A DNA stretch of 63,991 bases, the filler included, from Candidatus Babelota bacterium (lineage in GTDB: Bacteria > JAGOBX01), in NCBI GenBank assembly GCA_017999075.1. It is 7 parts of 7 records of this genome, joined end to end, with 100 filler letters (N's around TTAATTAATTAA, not from the genome) between each part and the next. Parts side by side here need not be neighbours in the genome. Positions count along the whole stretch, not along the records: positions 47,493 to 56,792 come from JAGOBX010000109.1; positions 56,893 to 63,991 come from JAGOBX010000177.1; 5 more parts are not named here. One strand, given 5' to 3'. Below, in pieces: positions 50,494 to 60,978 of this stretch (the stretch's first letter is position 1; every line of letters starts with the position of its first letter). The notes beneath the pieces are model-generated. The model did no database searches, was not told where the DNA came from, and saw nothing but the letters and a program-made list of their open reading frames with translations. A program made the translations under genes and the position numbers.

Positions 50494-53400
50494 ATAATAG
50501 AATGAAAATAAAAAAAATACTTCTGATATTTTTAATTTTATTGGCAGTCATCTCAACAAATGCTTCTTTAAATATCTTATCATCTCAGATTACTTCGGGT
50601 TCTAATACCCAGCCGGCGAGTGTCAATCTAACCAAACCGGCGCCTGAAGCATACAGTAATATAAAACTTCTTTTTCTCGGTAATAAAAATATAGCGCCGA
50701 TAGTCTATTTAGATGGAGATACCCCCTCAGGAGTAGTTGTGGACATTATAAAGGCGATAGCAAAACATATACCACAGCCTATTGAAATTAAAGCTATGGA
50801 TTGGCCAGAAGCCCAGAAACTTGTTCTCCGTGGTGAAGCAGACGCGTTGATTCAGATAAACCAGACTGAAGAGCGAAAAAAAATATATGATTTTTCCGAT
50901 GCCTTGCTTGAATCACAATTTTCGATTTTTACCGGTACAAATAGAATGGGGATATCAGGTTTATCGAGTCTTAGAGGTTTACGGGTTGGCGTTGAAGCCG
51001 GAGGCCTGCCCCGTCAAGTTTTAGAAAAAAATCCTCAAATTCTATTAACAATTATTCCGAATTTTCTTGAAGGATTTAAAATGTTGAATGCATCTTCTAT
51101 TGATGCAGTTGTGGTTGACTATCGGGTTGGCGCATTTATTATTGCAGATAATAATATTCGAAACATCAAGATAACAGGAAAGCCCATAGCGTTTTCCTAC
51201 TCTTCAATCGCTGTAAAAAAAGGGAATACAAAACTGCTTAATGCAATAAATAATGCGCTGCGAATTATCAAATCTGATGGCACGTACCAGCAAATTATAA
51301 ACAAATGGAAGCCAAAAGAAGTTGTTTTTCAAACGCGCGAACAAATCACTCAAAAAATTTTCTTTGTAACTATAATCATTTTAATTATATTCTTCTTAAT
51401 TGCCGCTATATGGACGGTAACCTTGAAAAGAGAGTTGACTAAAAGAAAAGTAGTCGAGGCTGCGCTTAAAGAACAATATACTACTTTACAGAGTATCACT
51501 AATAGCGCGAATGCGCTGATATTTTCCGTTGATAAAAACTACTGTTATACAAGTTTTAATACAAGCCATGCCAAAGTAATGAATGCTATTTACGGCATCG
51601 AGATTGAAACCGGACATAATATATTGAATTATATGAAAGTTACTGAGGATCGGGATATAGCCAAACGCAACATTGATCGAGCCTTAGCAGGCGAGCAATT
51701 AGTTGATGAAGCATATTCCGGAGAAAAAATCAGATCACGAAAATATTTTCAAGTATCGCACACACCAATTAAAAATGAAGGCGAGATTATCGGCGTTGTA
51801 GTATTCGCTCAAGATATAACTTCACGAAAACAATCAGAAGACGAATTGCGCAATGCGTATGAATATACTCAGCAACTTATCGCATCGGCAAATGTGATGA
51901 TTATAGGTCTTGATTCGGCTGGCTGTATACGGATATTCAATAAAGCTGCAGAAGAAATAACCGGCTACACGATTGAAGAACTATCAGGTATAAACTGGTT
52001 TGAAAAAATTGTTCCAAAAGACCGTTATCCTGAGGTATGGATAACTTTTCAGAATTATCAGGATAAAACCGGGGCTATGCCTATAACATTTGAAAATCCG
52101 ATCCTTACAAAATCAGGTGAAGAACGTATTATTTCATGGCAGAACAGTACGTTTTCAAATCTGAACGCAAAAATTTCTACAATTTCTTTTGGTATGGATA
52201 TCACAAAACGCAAACAGGCCGAGGAAGCGCTGATAAAAAGTGAGGAAAAATACCGGGCGATTTTTGAAGAGTCTTTCGATGCGCTTTTAATTACCTCGCC
52301 TGCGGGAAAAATTCTTGATATGAATCAAAAAGGTATTCAAATATTTGGTTACGATACAAAAGAAGAGATAATGAAACTTGATCTGAAACGGGATCTTTAT
52401 CTATATCCGCATGATAGAAAACGCTTTCTGACAATGACTGATGAACAAGGCACTGCTGAAATTGAAATCGTATTCAAGAAAAAAAACGGAGAACATTTTA
52501 TAGCACATTGCTCATTAACAGCAGTGAAAGACAAACATGGAGCAATTACTACTTATCGTGGTATCTTACGTGATATCACTGATCAAAAACGCGCTGAGGC
52601 AGCGCTGTGTAAGAGCATGGCGGAACTCAGGGAAGCGCAGCGTGTAGGAAAAATTGGTAATTTTGATTGGGACGCTATAACTGATACTATAATATGGTCT
52701 GAAGAATACTACAATATTTATGGTTTTGATCCGAAACAAACTCCGCCTGGATATGAAGAGCATAAAAAGACTTACAGCAATGAGAGCGCTGCCAAATTAG
52801 ATGCCGCAGTCAAAAAAAGCATGGAAACCGGTGAACCGTATGAAGTGGATTTGGAACAGGTATGGCCGGATGGCAGCATAAGGAAGTGGATTACTGCCCG
52901 CGGCGAAGTAAAGAAAAATGATAATGGTCAAATTGTAGGTCTTCGCGGAACTGCGCAGGATATTACCGAGCGTAAATTGGCTGAAACCGAACGATTTGAG
53001 CAGCTTCATTTTTTTGAATCCATGAATAAAATTAACAAGGCTATACAGAAGAATAATAGCCTGGAACAAATGATGAGTGATGTATTCGACGAGATGCTTT
53101 CTATTTTAGATTGTGACAGGGTATGGCTTGTTTATCCATGCGATCCTAATGCCTCTTCGTGGAATGTACCAATGGAGCGAACAAAACCTGAATATCCTGG
53201 CGTATACGAGCTAAAACTTCATATGCCAATGGATCATAGTGTTGCCGAGTCATTCAGAAGTGTTTTAGCCTCTGATGGTCCCATGAAATATGGCGAAGGA
53301 ACAGGTAATCCGTTGCCAGAAGATGTGTCTAAAAAATTTGGTTTCAAATCTTACATTTCAATAGTTCTCCATCCCAAAATAGGCAAACCATGGCAATTAG

Positions 53401-54746
53401 GAATGCATCAATGTTCATATTCTCGTATTTGGACAAAATTTGAGGAAAGGCTTTTACAGGAAATTGCCAGAAGACTGGAGGATTCCCTGACAAGTCTATT
53501 GTCTTATCGTAATTTACTTGAGAGCGAAAACCGATATTATACGGTGTTCGAAAATTCCCCGGTTTCTTTATGGGAAGAAGATTTTTCAAAAGTAAAAGTT
53601 TTCTTTGACGACCTGAAAAAAGAAAAAATTGACGACATTGAAATTTATCTAACTCAACATCCTAAAATAATACGACAGTGCGCAGATATGGTTAAGATTG
53701 TTGATGTGAATAAAGCTGCTCTGCAGTTATATGATGCTGCAAATAAAGAAGAACTGCTGACTGGCGCAAACACATTTACACAAGAATCATTCTCGATATT
53801 TAAGTGGGAGCTGATATACCTGTGGAATGGCAGAACTGAAATGAAAAAAGATACTATTGTGAAGACTTTCAACGGTAACCTTAAAAATGTGACCGTCTGT
53901 TTTTTAGTGTGTCCTGGTTATGAGAAAACACTTTCCAAAGCGCTTGTTTCTCTCGTTGACATTACTGAGCGTAAACAAGCTGAGGAATCTTTAAAGAAAC
54001 TGAATGAAACCCTGGAAGAACGGGTTAATGAAGAAGTTCAAAAAAATATTAAACAGTGTCAGATACTTATTCATCAATCGAGGCTTGCCGCTATGGGCGA
54101 AATGATACGAAATATTGCGCATCAATGGAGACAGCCGTTAAATGCGCTCAGTGTGATTTTAGCTAACATAAAAGATGCTTCTGATTTTGGTGAACTTAAT
54201 AAAAAGATACTTGAAGATTCGTTGAAAAAAGCCGACCAATTTATTCAAGGAATGTCTGTAACAATTGATGATTTTAGAAATTATTTCAATCCCAACAAAG
54301 AAAAACAGAAATTTGACATTATGGAAGCAATTAATGTTGCAGTAAAAATAATGTCGCCTTCGTTTTCAAGACATAAAATAACGCTTGATTATGAAATAAA
54401 TAATGAAACTTATCATGTAACAGGCTTTCCAAATGAATTTTCTCAAGTTTTGGTTGTTGTATTGACAAATGCTAAGGACGCGATTATCAAACATAAAGTT
54501 ACCGGAGAAATAAAAATTAAAGTTACAAGCGAAACTGATAATATTATTGCTTCCATTACTGATAACGGTGGCGGTATATCATCTGAAATTTTCGATAGAA
54601 TTTTTGAGCCGTATTTTACAACGAAAGAGATTGGAACAGGGATTGGATTATATATGTCCAGAGAGATAATGAAAAATATGAATGGATTTATAAAAATCAG
54701 TAATACCAAAGATGGCGTTTGCGTTAATTTAGGGGTACCGAAATAG
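50490..54746 (+). CDS. Sensor histidine kinase (SBP family 3, TM, ~5 PAS/PAC, GAF, HisKA, HATPase)
   Basis: Repeated DIT.RK.AE PAC ends; NIAHQWRQPLN H-box; NAKDA, DNGGG, EPYFTTK.GTGIGL. Confidence 0.92.
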   Translation: MNNRMKIKKILLIFLILLAVISTNASLNILSSQITSGSNTQPASVNLTKPAPEAYSNIKLLFLGNKNIAPIVYLDGDTPSGVVVDIIKAIAKHIPQPIEIKAMDWPEAQKLVLRGEADALIQINQTEERKKIYDFSDALLESQFSIFTGTNRMGISGLSSLRGLRVGVEAGGLPRQVLEKNPQILLTIIPNFLEGFKMLNASSIDAVVVDYRVGAFIIADNNIRNIKITGKPIAFSYSSIAVKKGNTKLLNAINNALRIIKSDGTYQQIINKWKPKEVVFQTREQITQKIFFVTIIILIIFFLIAAIWTVTLKRELTKRKVVEAALKEQYTTLQSITNSANALIFSVDKNYCYTSFNTSHAKVMNAIYGIEIETGHNILNYMKVTEDRDIAKRNIDRALAGEQLVDEAYSGEKIRSRKYFQVSHTPIKNEGEIIGVVVFAQDITSRKQSEDELRNAYEYTQQLIASANVMIIGLDSAGCIRIFNKAAEEITGYTIEELSGINWFEKIVPKDRYPEVWITFQNYQDKTGAMPITFENPILTKSGEERIISWQNSTFSNLNAKISTISFGMDITKRKQAEEALIKSEEKYRAIFEESFDALLITSPAGKILDMNQKGIQIFGYDTKEEIMKLDLKRDLYLYPHDRKRFLTMTDEQGTAEIEIVFKKKNGEHFIAHCSLTAVKDKHGAITTYRGILRDITDQKRAEAALCKSMAELREAQRVGKIGNFDWDAITDTIIWSEEYYNIYGFDPKQTPPGYEEHKKTYSNESAAKLDAAVKKSMETGEPYEVDLEQVWPDGSIRKWITARGEVKKNDNGQIVGLRGTAQDITERKLAETERFEQLHFFESMNKINKAIQKNNSLEQMMSDVFDEMLSILDCDRVWLVYPCDPNASSWNVPMERTKPEYPGVYELKLHMPMDHSVAESFRSVLASDGPMKYGEGTGNPLPEDVSKKFGFKSYISIVLHPKIGKPWQLGMHQCSYSRIWTKFEERLLQEIARRLEDSLTSLLSYRNLLESENRYYTVFENSPVSLWEEDFSKVKVFFDDLKKEKIDDIEIYLTQHPKIIRQCADMVKIVDVNKAALQLYDAANKEELLTGANTFTQESFSIFKWELIYLWNGRTEMKKDTIVKTFNGNLKNVTVCFLVCPGYEKTLSKALVSLVDITERKQAEESLKKLNETLEERVNEEVQKNIKQCQILIHQSRLAAMGEMIRNIAHQWRQPLNALSVILANIKDASDFGELNKKILEDSLKKADQFIQGMSVTIDDFRNYFNPNKEKQKFDIMEAINVAVKIMSPSFSRHKITLDYEINNETYHVTGFPNEFSQVLVVVLTNAKDAIIKHKVTGEIKIKVTSETDNIIASITDNGGGISSEIFDRIFEPYFTTKEIGTGIGLYMSREIMKNMNGFIKISNTKDGVCVNLGVPK

Positions 54747-54839
54747 CTATTGGTTATCACTACTGTCCAATAAAAATTTAAAGAGGCAAAGACAACATCA
54801 AAGAGTCCTCTGGTTCACTTCGTAATCTGTTGTGAAACT

Positions 54840-54861
54840 GAAAAAGTAAAAAAGTGCCGTA
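54840..54861 (+). repeat. Right copy of 22-bp inverted repeat
   Basis: GAAAAAGTAAAAAAGTGCCGTA. Confidence 0.8.
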
Positions 54862-55259
54862 TAGTCAAAAGTCATTTTTTTTTTTTATAATAAAAATCAT
54901 ATTTTCTGATAACACAAAAACGGAACTATTTCACAAATGGAATATTTTTCCGCCTGGTTGACGTACCTAATTATTTTTAATGTAACATTTTGTTTTTTCG
55001 CGAACAAAAAAACAATCAAAAAGAATCCAAAATTGTCTGTATTTTATTATATTATATATAATATCAGTAATAAAACTGGTTATTGATACTGTTTTTCGAA
55101 TTATTTTATTTGGAGTAAAAGATGCGAAAAAAATATTGTGCAGATACAGTAATAATCATCAATCCCTCAACACAACAATCGGAATTTGGATAGAAGAGAC
55201 TAGTTTAAAAAAACTTCCCGGCGGCCTTTTGAAAATACTTATTTTTCTTAGATGCAGGA

Positions 55260-56198
55260 TTAGCCATGAGGATGAAAATTCTTATGAACTTCCTTAATAT
55301 ACCTCAGATCAAGATGCGTATAAATTTGAGTAGCGCTTATATCCGTATGTCCAAGCATTTCCTGAACGGAACGCAAATCAGCGCCGTTATTGATTAAATG
55401 CGTAGCAAATGTATGTCTAAACAAATGAGGAGTTACTTTTCTGCCTATTCCTGATTTAATTGCATAATTATAAAGCATTTTATTTATTGCCTGACGCGTG
55501 AACTTTTCACCACGCTGGGTTATAAACAAATAATCTTCTGAATCAATCCTGCTAAGTTTATGCCTCGCTGAAGCCAAATAATTTTTAAGGGATTCTTCGG
55601 CATATTTTCCAATAGGAATAATGCGTTCTTTTGAACCTTTTCCAAAAACTTTAATGTATCCTTCTTCAAGATACAAATTTTTTATTTTCAGCCCAATTAA
55701 TTCTGAAACCCTGACTCCTGAACCGTAAAGTATTTCTATCATAGCTTTATCCCTGATTCCTGTAATTTCATTTAAATCAGGTGATTCAATCAGACGCTTG
55801 ACTTCTTCTTCAGTCAAATAATCAGGTAATTTCCTTGACATTTTCGGCATTTCAACAGAATCAGTAGGTGAATTTTTTATCACATTATCAATAATAAGAA
55901 ATTTAAAAAAATTTCTTAATGCAACGATATGGCGAATTATTGTTTTTTCATTTTTCCCTTCATTCCGTAACTTATGTATATATTCGGAAACTAAAGATGG
56001 ACGGATGTTTTCAGGCGATTCAATTTTAAATTTATTTATATATTCAAGGAAATCTATCAAATCAAGTTCATAGCTGTCAATAGTATTTCTGGAGGATTTT
56101 TTTTCAGCAAATAAATAAGACTTATATTCTTCTATTAAATTAAAAACAGGATTATTTTTCAGTTTTTGGACACGTAATTCAAAATTATCTTTTTCCAT
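55260..56198 (-). CDS. xerD: Site-specific tyrosine recombinase XerD
   Basis: RDKAM.E.LY.SG.RVSEL, GKGSKER..P, TPH.FRH.FATHL..GADLRSVQEMLGH.DIS.TQIYTH, HP. Confidence 0.92.
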   Translation of the reverse strand: MEKDNFELRVQKLKNNPVFNLIEEYKSYLFAEKKSSRNTIDSYELDLIDFLEYINKFKIESPENIRPSLVSEYIHKLRNEGKNEKTIIRHIVALRNFFKFLIIDNVIKNSPTDSVEMPKMSRKLPDYLTEEEVKRLIESPDLNEITGIRDKAMIEILYGSGVRVSELIGLKIKNLYLEEGYIKVFGKGSKERIIPIGKYAEESLKNYLASARHKLSRIDSEDYLFITQRGEKFTRQAINKMLYNYAIKSGIGRKVTPHLFRHTFATHLINNGADLRSVQEMLGHTDISATQIYTHLDLRYIKEVHKNFHPHG

Positions 56199-56792
56199 TA
56201 CAGATTTTTTTTCATTTCGTAAAACAAATTAATCGCAGAAAATATGAGTTTTTCAAATTTATTTTTTATTTTAACATAAACCGACGGCTGCATATTCTGA
56301 ATCACATTATCAGGATTCCTTATTTCTATTTTCGAAACATAAAAAAACATATCTTTATGTATAATAAGATAACTTATCAGTTCATTAAAATCATTTTTGT
56401 TTGATAAATCAAGTTTTCTGTTTTGGTTATTAATTGAAACCACGTAATTATTTATATTTGATATATCTGAATCTGAAACATAAACCAATTTAAGTTCAAG
56501 CTGAATAGTTTTCTTGTCCGGTTCAAAATTTTTTCTTATAGAAACCGCTGAATACGAATTGCTGAAATCCTTTTTCAATTCATAAATCTGAGGAACAATA
56601 TTCAAAGATTGAAGAAACAATGAAAAAGCCGAAATGTAATCATTATAATTTTCTGATGAAACTGCTCCTAACACCGGAAGGTTATATGTATCGTAATAAA
56701 GCCAGATATAATATTTCCCGCTGTTCAATGTAAACAATTCATTGTTGTCAAGACTGATCTTCGAAAATATAGCAGAAAATAAAGCATTATCT
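56198..56792 (-). CDS. Hypothetical protein, 5'-truncated
   Basis: Frame stays open from 56737 to the contig edge; overlaps the xerD start. Confidence 0.6.
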
Positions 56793-56892
56793 NNNNNNNN
56801 NNNNNNNNNNNNNNNNNNNNNNNNNNNNNNNNNNNNTTAATTAATTAANNNNNNNNNNNNNNNNNNNNNNNNNNNNNNNNNNNNNNNNNNNN

Positions 56893-57087
56893 TTCAAGCC
56901 GTAAGATCAACTCATTTATAAGAGTCCCTTTGCGTGCAGCTTCCCACCCTTCAAAAAGTATGATTACCGGAATTTTAAGGTCTTTTGCCTCTCTTTGAAG
57001 TTCGCCAAGTTTCAATTCCAGCGGTTCAATAATTTTTTTGTATTCTTCTTTTTCAATAGTTTTAGATAAATCCACTTTTTCTAACAT
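56893..57087 (-). CDS. Polyphosphate kinase 2 family (polyP:AMP phosphotransferase-like), truncated
   Basis: MLEKVDLSK...Y......L..LQR......IPVII.FEGW.AA.KG. Confidence 0.85.
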
Positions 57088-57150
57088 TTTAACGCCTCCC
57101 GAAAAAATATTTATTTAAAGATGAATTTTTTTACATCTTACACACACTGT

Positions 57151-59280
57151 TTATCTGTCGTCTGCACTTTTCCTTACCACAAATTTATGTTTTGCTTTTT
57201 TTAAATTTTTCTTCTCATGTTTTTTTATTCCTTCATAAACCTGTTTAAAATAATTCTTATTATCTTTACTTTTTTTTAAAATCGGTTTATATGAGCCTGT
57301 CGGCTGTAAAATATATGAATTAACAGTATCGTCAAGCTGAAGTTTAATTATCTTCTGAATAAATTTTCTGCTTTGCTCATTTCTAACGGGAAATAATAAT
57401 TCTATTCGCCTGTCTAGATTTCTTGTCATTAAATCCGCGCTTGATAAATAATATTCTTCATTTCCGCCGTTATAAAAATAATACATTCTGGCATGTTCAA
57501 GAAATCTTCCTACAATACTTTTTACTTTTATGTTATCACTGATTTTTTTTATGCCGGGACGTAATATGCATATTCCCCTGACTATCAAATCTATTTTAAC
57601 TCCTGCAATAGAAGCTTTATACATTGCCTCAACTATTTCTTTGTCATAAAGTGCATTCATTTTGGCTATTATCCTGGCTTTACCGCCATTTTTAGCGTTT
57701 TCAGTTTCTCTATTTATCATAGAAACTATTTTGTTGCGTAAATCTATCGGCGCAATTGAAACATTATTAAAACCTGTAGGCATCGAAAATCCCGTTAATA
57801 AATTAAATAATGATGAAATATCTTCCCCAAAACCGTCATCTGATGTAAAAAAACTGAAATCAGTATAAATCTGAGCAGTTATTTCATTATAATTTCCTGT
57901 ACCCAAATGAATATATTTTTTTATCTCATTTTTTTCTTTTCTGATTACCATAAGCGCTTTAGCGTGAGTTTTGAGTCCGGCTATCCCGTAAATAACATGG
58001 GCTCCAGCATCCTGAAGTTTTTTGGTCCATTCGATATTTCTTTTTTCATCAAACCTTGCCGTCAATTCAACTACTGCAGTAACGTATTTCCCTTTTTCTG
58101 CAGCTTTTACCAACGCTTTAATTACAGGAGAATTTGAACTTGCTCTGTAAAGCAATTGCTTAATTGCAAGCGTATCCGGATCATCTGCCGCTTGATTGAC
58201 CAATTCTACAACAGGTTCATACGAATGGTACGGATGAAATAAAACAAAATCTTTTCTTTCAATTTCTTCAAAAATATCCTTGCCTGAAAAGTTCGAATCA
58301 AAAATCGGTACCAATGGCAAATCTTTCAAATCCTGTCTGTCTATTTTTCTGTACAATTCCATCAAATCATTTAAATTCAGCAATCCGTTTATTTGATAAA
58401 TATCATTTCTTTTTAAATTATTTTTTTCTATTAAAGTGTTAAGTATTCTTGGAGGAAGACCGTTTTCATATTCAAACTTTGTAACTGATCTTTTGTGCAT
58501 TTGTTTAATTGTAGTTTCCAGTTCCTGAAGTAAATCAGAAGTTTCATCAGCTTCATCAATCGTAAAATCCGCATCCCTTGTAATTTTTATTATATGCGCA
58601 GATTCAATATCATATCCGTTATAAATTTGATCTACAAACAATTTTATAACATTTTCAATAGGAATAAATTTATTATGGGTTTCAATTTTTATGAATCTTC
58701 CCTGTATATTAGTGGGAATTTCTATAAACGATAAATTGCTGCGTTCAATTACATTTCCTATTTCTTCGCGAGGCGATAATCCAACAGCAAGATATAATCT
58801 CCCTGTTACAAGATTTGGAAACGGATGAGTCGGTCCTACTGAAATAGGAGTAAGAATAGGTTTTATCTCGCGTTCAAAAAAAACAGTCAGAAACGTTTTA
58901 TATCTAACCAATGACTCAAAATCAAAAATTATTTCAACTCCTTGTTTTTTAAGAAGCGGAACTAACTTTTTGTAAAATATCAAATATTGATTTTTCAATA
59001 ATTTTTTTACTCGTTCGCGTATGCTTTTGAGTTCTATTTCCGGTTTTATCGAATCAGGAGAACTCCCTTCAATTATCCCGGCATCCTTATGTTTCTTGAC
59101 TCCTGCCACGCGAACCATAAAAAATTCTTCAAGATTTGAAGACACTATTGATAAAAATTTTACGCGTTCAAGCAAAGGATTTTCTTTTTCAAATGATTCA
59201 GCAAGAACTCTGTTATTAAATTCAAGCCAGCTATATTGAGGATTAATATAATATTTAGAATTATTTAAATCAATTTTCAT
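57151..59280 (-). CDS. ppk1: Polyphosphate kinase 1
   Basis: SWLEFN.RVL, NLEEFFMVRVAG, HPY.S, ELTARFDE..N, KTHAK, GTGNYN, GRFLEH.R, SAD.M.RNLDRR.E. Confidence 0.95.
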   Translation of the reverse strand: MKIDLNNSKYYINPQYSWLEFNNRVLAESFEKENPLLERVKFLSIVSSNLEEFFMVRVAGVKKHKDAGIIEGSSPDSIKPEIELKSIRERVKKLLKNQYLIFYKKLVPLLKKQGVEIIFDFESLVRYKTFLTVFFEREIKPILTPISVGPTHPFPNLVTGRLYLAVGLSPREEIGNVIERSNLSFIEIPTNIQGRFIKIETHNKFIPIENVIKLFVDQIYNGYDIESAHIIKITRDADFTIDEADETSDLLQELETTIKQMHKRSVTKFEYENGLPPRILNTLIEKNNLKRNDIYQINGLLNLNDLMELYRKIDRQDLKDLPLVPIFDSNFSGKDIFEEIERKDFVLFHPYHSYEPVVELVNQAADDPDTLAIKQLLYRASSNSPVIKALVKAAEKGKYVTAVVELTARFDEKRNIEWTKKLQDAGAHVIYGIAGLKTHAKALMVIRKEKNEIKKYIHLGTGNYNEITAQIYTDFSFFTSDDGFGEDISSLFNLLTGFSMPTGFNNVSIAPIDLRNKIVSMINRETENAKNGGKARIIAKMNALYDKEIVEAMYKASIAGVKIDLIVRGICILRPGIKKISDNIKVKSIVGRFLEHARMYYFYNGGNEEYYLSSADLMTRNLDRRIELLFPVRNEQSRKFIQKIIKLQLDDTVNSYILQPTGSYKPILKKSKDNKNYFKQVYEGIKKHEKKNLKKAKHKFVVRKSADDR

Positions 59281-59281
59281 A

Positions 59282-60841
59282 TCATTCTCTCGACAATTTT
59301 AAAGTCAGTCCAAAAAAACTTTCAAACAAATCAGATTTGCTTAATACTATATCCCTTAAAATTTCTATGTGATCTCCATAACTGCTTTTTATTTTTATAA
59401 AAAGTTCGCATTCGTTCTCGCAAATATTTACCCTTAAAGATTCTATAAGTTGAGTGTGTGATCTGTCCAAAGCATCGGATATTCTAAGTATCGCCGCTAA
59501 ACTCGAAATAATCAGCCGTTTATTAACAGGCAAAACAGAATAAGCGGAATGTTCAGGTTTCGGAGGGGATTTTCTATGATACCTCGCTATCTGCGCTATT
59601 ATTATCATATCTTCTGCTGTCAAACCAAGTATCTCCGAAGCAGTTATTAAATTCGCAGAATGTTTGTGGTGACCTTTAGAACTTACAAAATATCCTATGT
59701 CATGAAGCAATGAAGCTACTTCAAGATATATGCCTGCTTTAGGTTCAAAATTATAAAAATCAAACATTCCGTTAAAAATCATTTTCGACAACTTTCTAAC
59801 ATGTTCCGAATGTTCATAATCAAATTTATATTTATGCCCTATTTCAAGAGCTCCGGTAATTATATTTTCTGATGTTATATCTGTAAATTCAGCATAACAG
59901 TTATCTTTTAATTTCGGAAGTTTGTTAATCAGAGCTATTGTTCGGTTCATATCTGGAATTATTATTGATTTGGCATCAATCAGCAAACTTATTTTCTGAA
60001 TTATTGATAATGAAATTTTTACAGTTTTCACATTATCTTCCTGAGATTTTAAAACAGATTGCAATTCAAAGTTACTTAATTTATCTATTGATTTGACATA
60101 CTTTTGAAATGACAGTTTTGTAAACCGGAACGATTCTGCGTTTTTTCCAAATCCAGTCTTTTTCAAACAATTCAGTATATCTTCGTTTACAACCACAAAT
60201 TTATCTATATTTTTATGATTTTCAGGCAGAAAATTCAATGATGTCAAAAATTTGGTCGATAAATAATTATAATAAACATCCATAGATTTTTTTTGAATAT
60301 CAAGAGTCTTTACCATTCTTGCAGCGCCTATATTCTGTGTTTCAGAAAATACAATCTTTCCTTTAGACTGAAGAATCAGAATTGTTGTACCCACACCTAA
60401 TACTATTATCAGTATATCAGAATTCTTGTCGCTTATAATTTTTTTTATGTTTTCTATTATCAACTCAGTTTCGACTACTGGTTCTATTAATTCTATCTTT
60501 ATATCTGTTTCATTTAAAACCCTGTCTATCATAGTGTCAAGGTTTCCTGCTTCTTTGAGGTTAGATACAGCAATAGTTTTAAAGTTTTCAACTTTATATG
60601 ATGTAAGCAATTCCTGAAAATTTTTTATAATTTTTATCAAATCGTTTATTGTATTATTAGTTATCTGTCCATGAGAAAAAATATCTTTGCCTAAAGAAAC
60701 TGGCACCCACAATTCTTCTATTTTCCGCAATTTATCCTTAGGCATTGTTTCACTTATATTCAGTCTTACAGAATCCATTGTTATATCTATCAAGCCAATT
60801 GTATAAGTATTGGATTTTTTAACCTTACTTTTCTTCATCAA
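59282..60841 (-). CDS. ppx: Ppx/GppA family protein with C-terminal HD domain
   Basis: Overall Ppx layout; LLHDIG, HHKHS, IARYHRK, LRISDALD.SH; N-domain motifs degenerate. Confidence 0.8.
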   Translation of the reverse strand: MMKKSKVKKSNTYTIGLIDITMDSVRLNISETMPKDKLRKIEELWVPVSLGKDIFSHGQITNNTINDLIKIIKNFQELLTSYKVENFKTIAVSNLKEAGNLDTMIDRVLNETDIKIELIEPVVETELIIENIKKIISDKNSDILIIVLGVGTTILILQSKGKIVFSETQNIGAARMVKTLDIQKKSMDVYYNYLSTKFLTSLNFLPENHKNIDKFVVVNEDILNCLKKTGFGKNAESFRFTKLSFQKYVKSIDKLSNFELQSVLKSQEDNVKTVKISLSIIQKISLLIDAKSIIIPDMNRTIALINKLPKLKDNCYAEFTDITSENIITGALEIGHKYKFDYEHSEHVRKLSKMIFNGMFDFYNFEPKAGIYLEVASLLHDIGYFVSSKGHHKHSANLITASEILGLTAEDMIIIAQIARYHRKSPPKPEHSAYSVLPVNKRLIISSLAAILRISDALDRSHTQLIESLRVNICENECELFIKIKSSYGDHIEILRDIVLSKSDLFESFFGLTLKLSRE

Positions 60842-60877
60842 AAATATCCCTCAATTTTTTACATTTAACAATATTGT

Positions 60878-60944
60878 ATTTTAATATAAATAATTAAAAT
60901 TGTCAAATTAAATAATTGACAATAATATAACTTAATAATATAAT
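60878..60944. promoter_or_regulatory. Back-to-back sigma70 promoters for the ppx-ppk1-ppk2 operon and ppgK
   Basis: Minus: TTGACA(60906-60901)-N17-TAAAAT; plus: TTGACA(60916)-N17-TATAAT(60939). Confidence 0.75.
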
Positions 60945-60978
60945 TCTAAAAAAATAATTACATTTGAAGGAAGCAACT

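Noticed and set aside
54760-54835. Possible IS-end-like sequence after the kinase
   Set aside because: No partner inverted copy or target duplication found in the window.
55260-56198. Tyrosine recombinase as phage or integron integrase
   Set aside because: Motifs match housekeeping XerD; no IntI-specific insertion.
56925-56960. PPK2 Walker A reading GWEAARKG rather than GxDAAGKG
   Set aside because: Within 60 nt of a contig end, where errors are common; N-terminal domains of two-domain PPK2s also vary.
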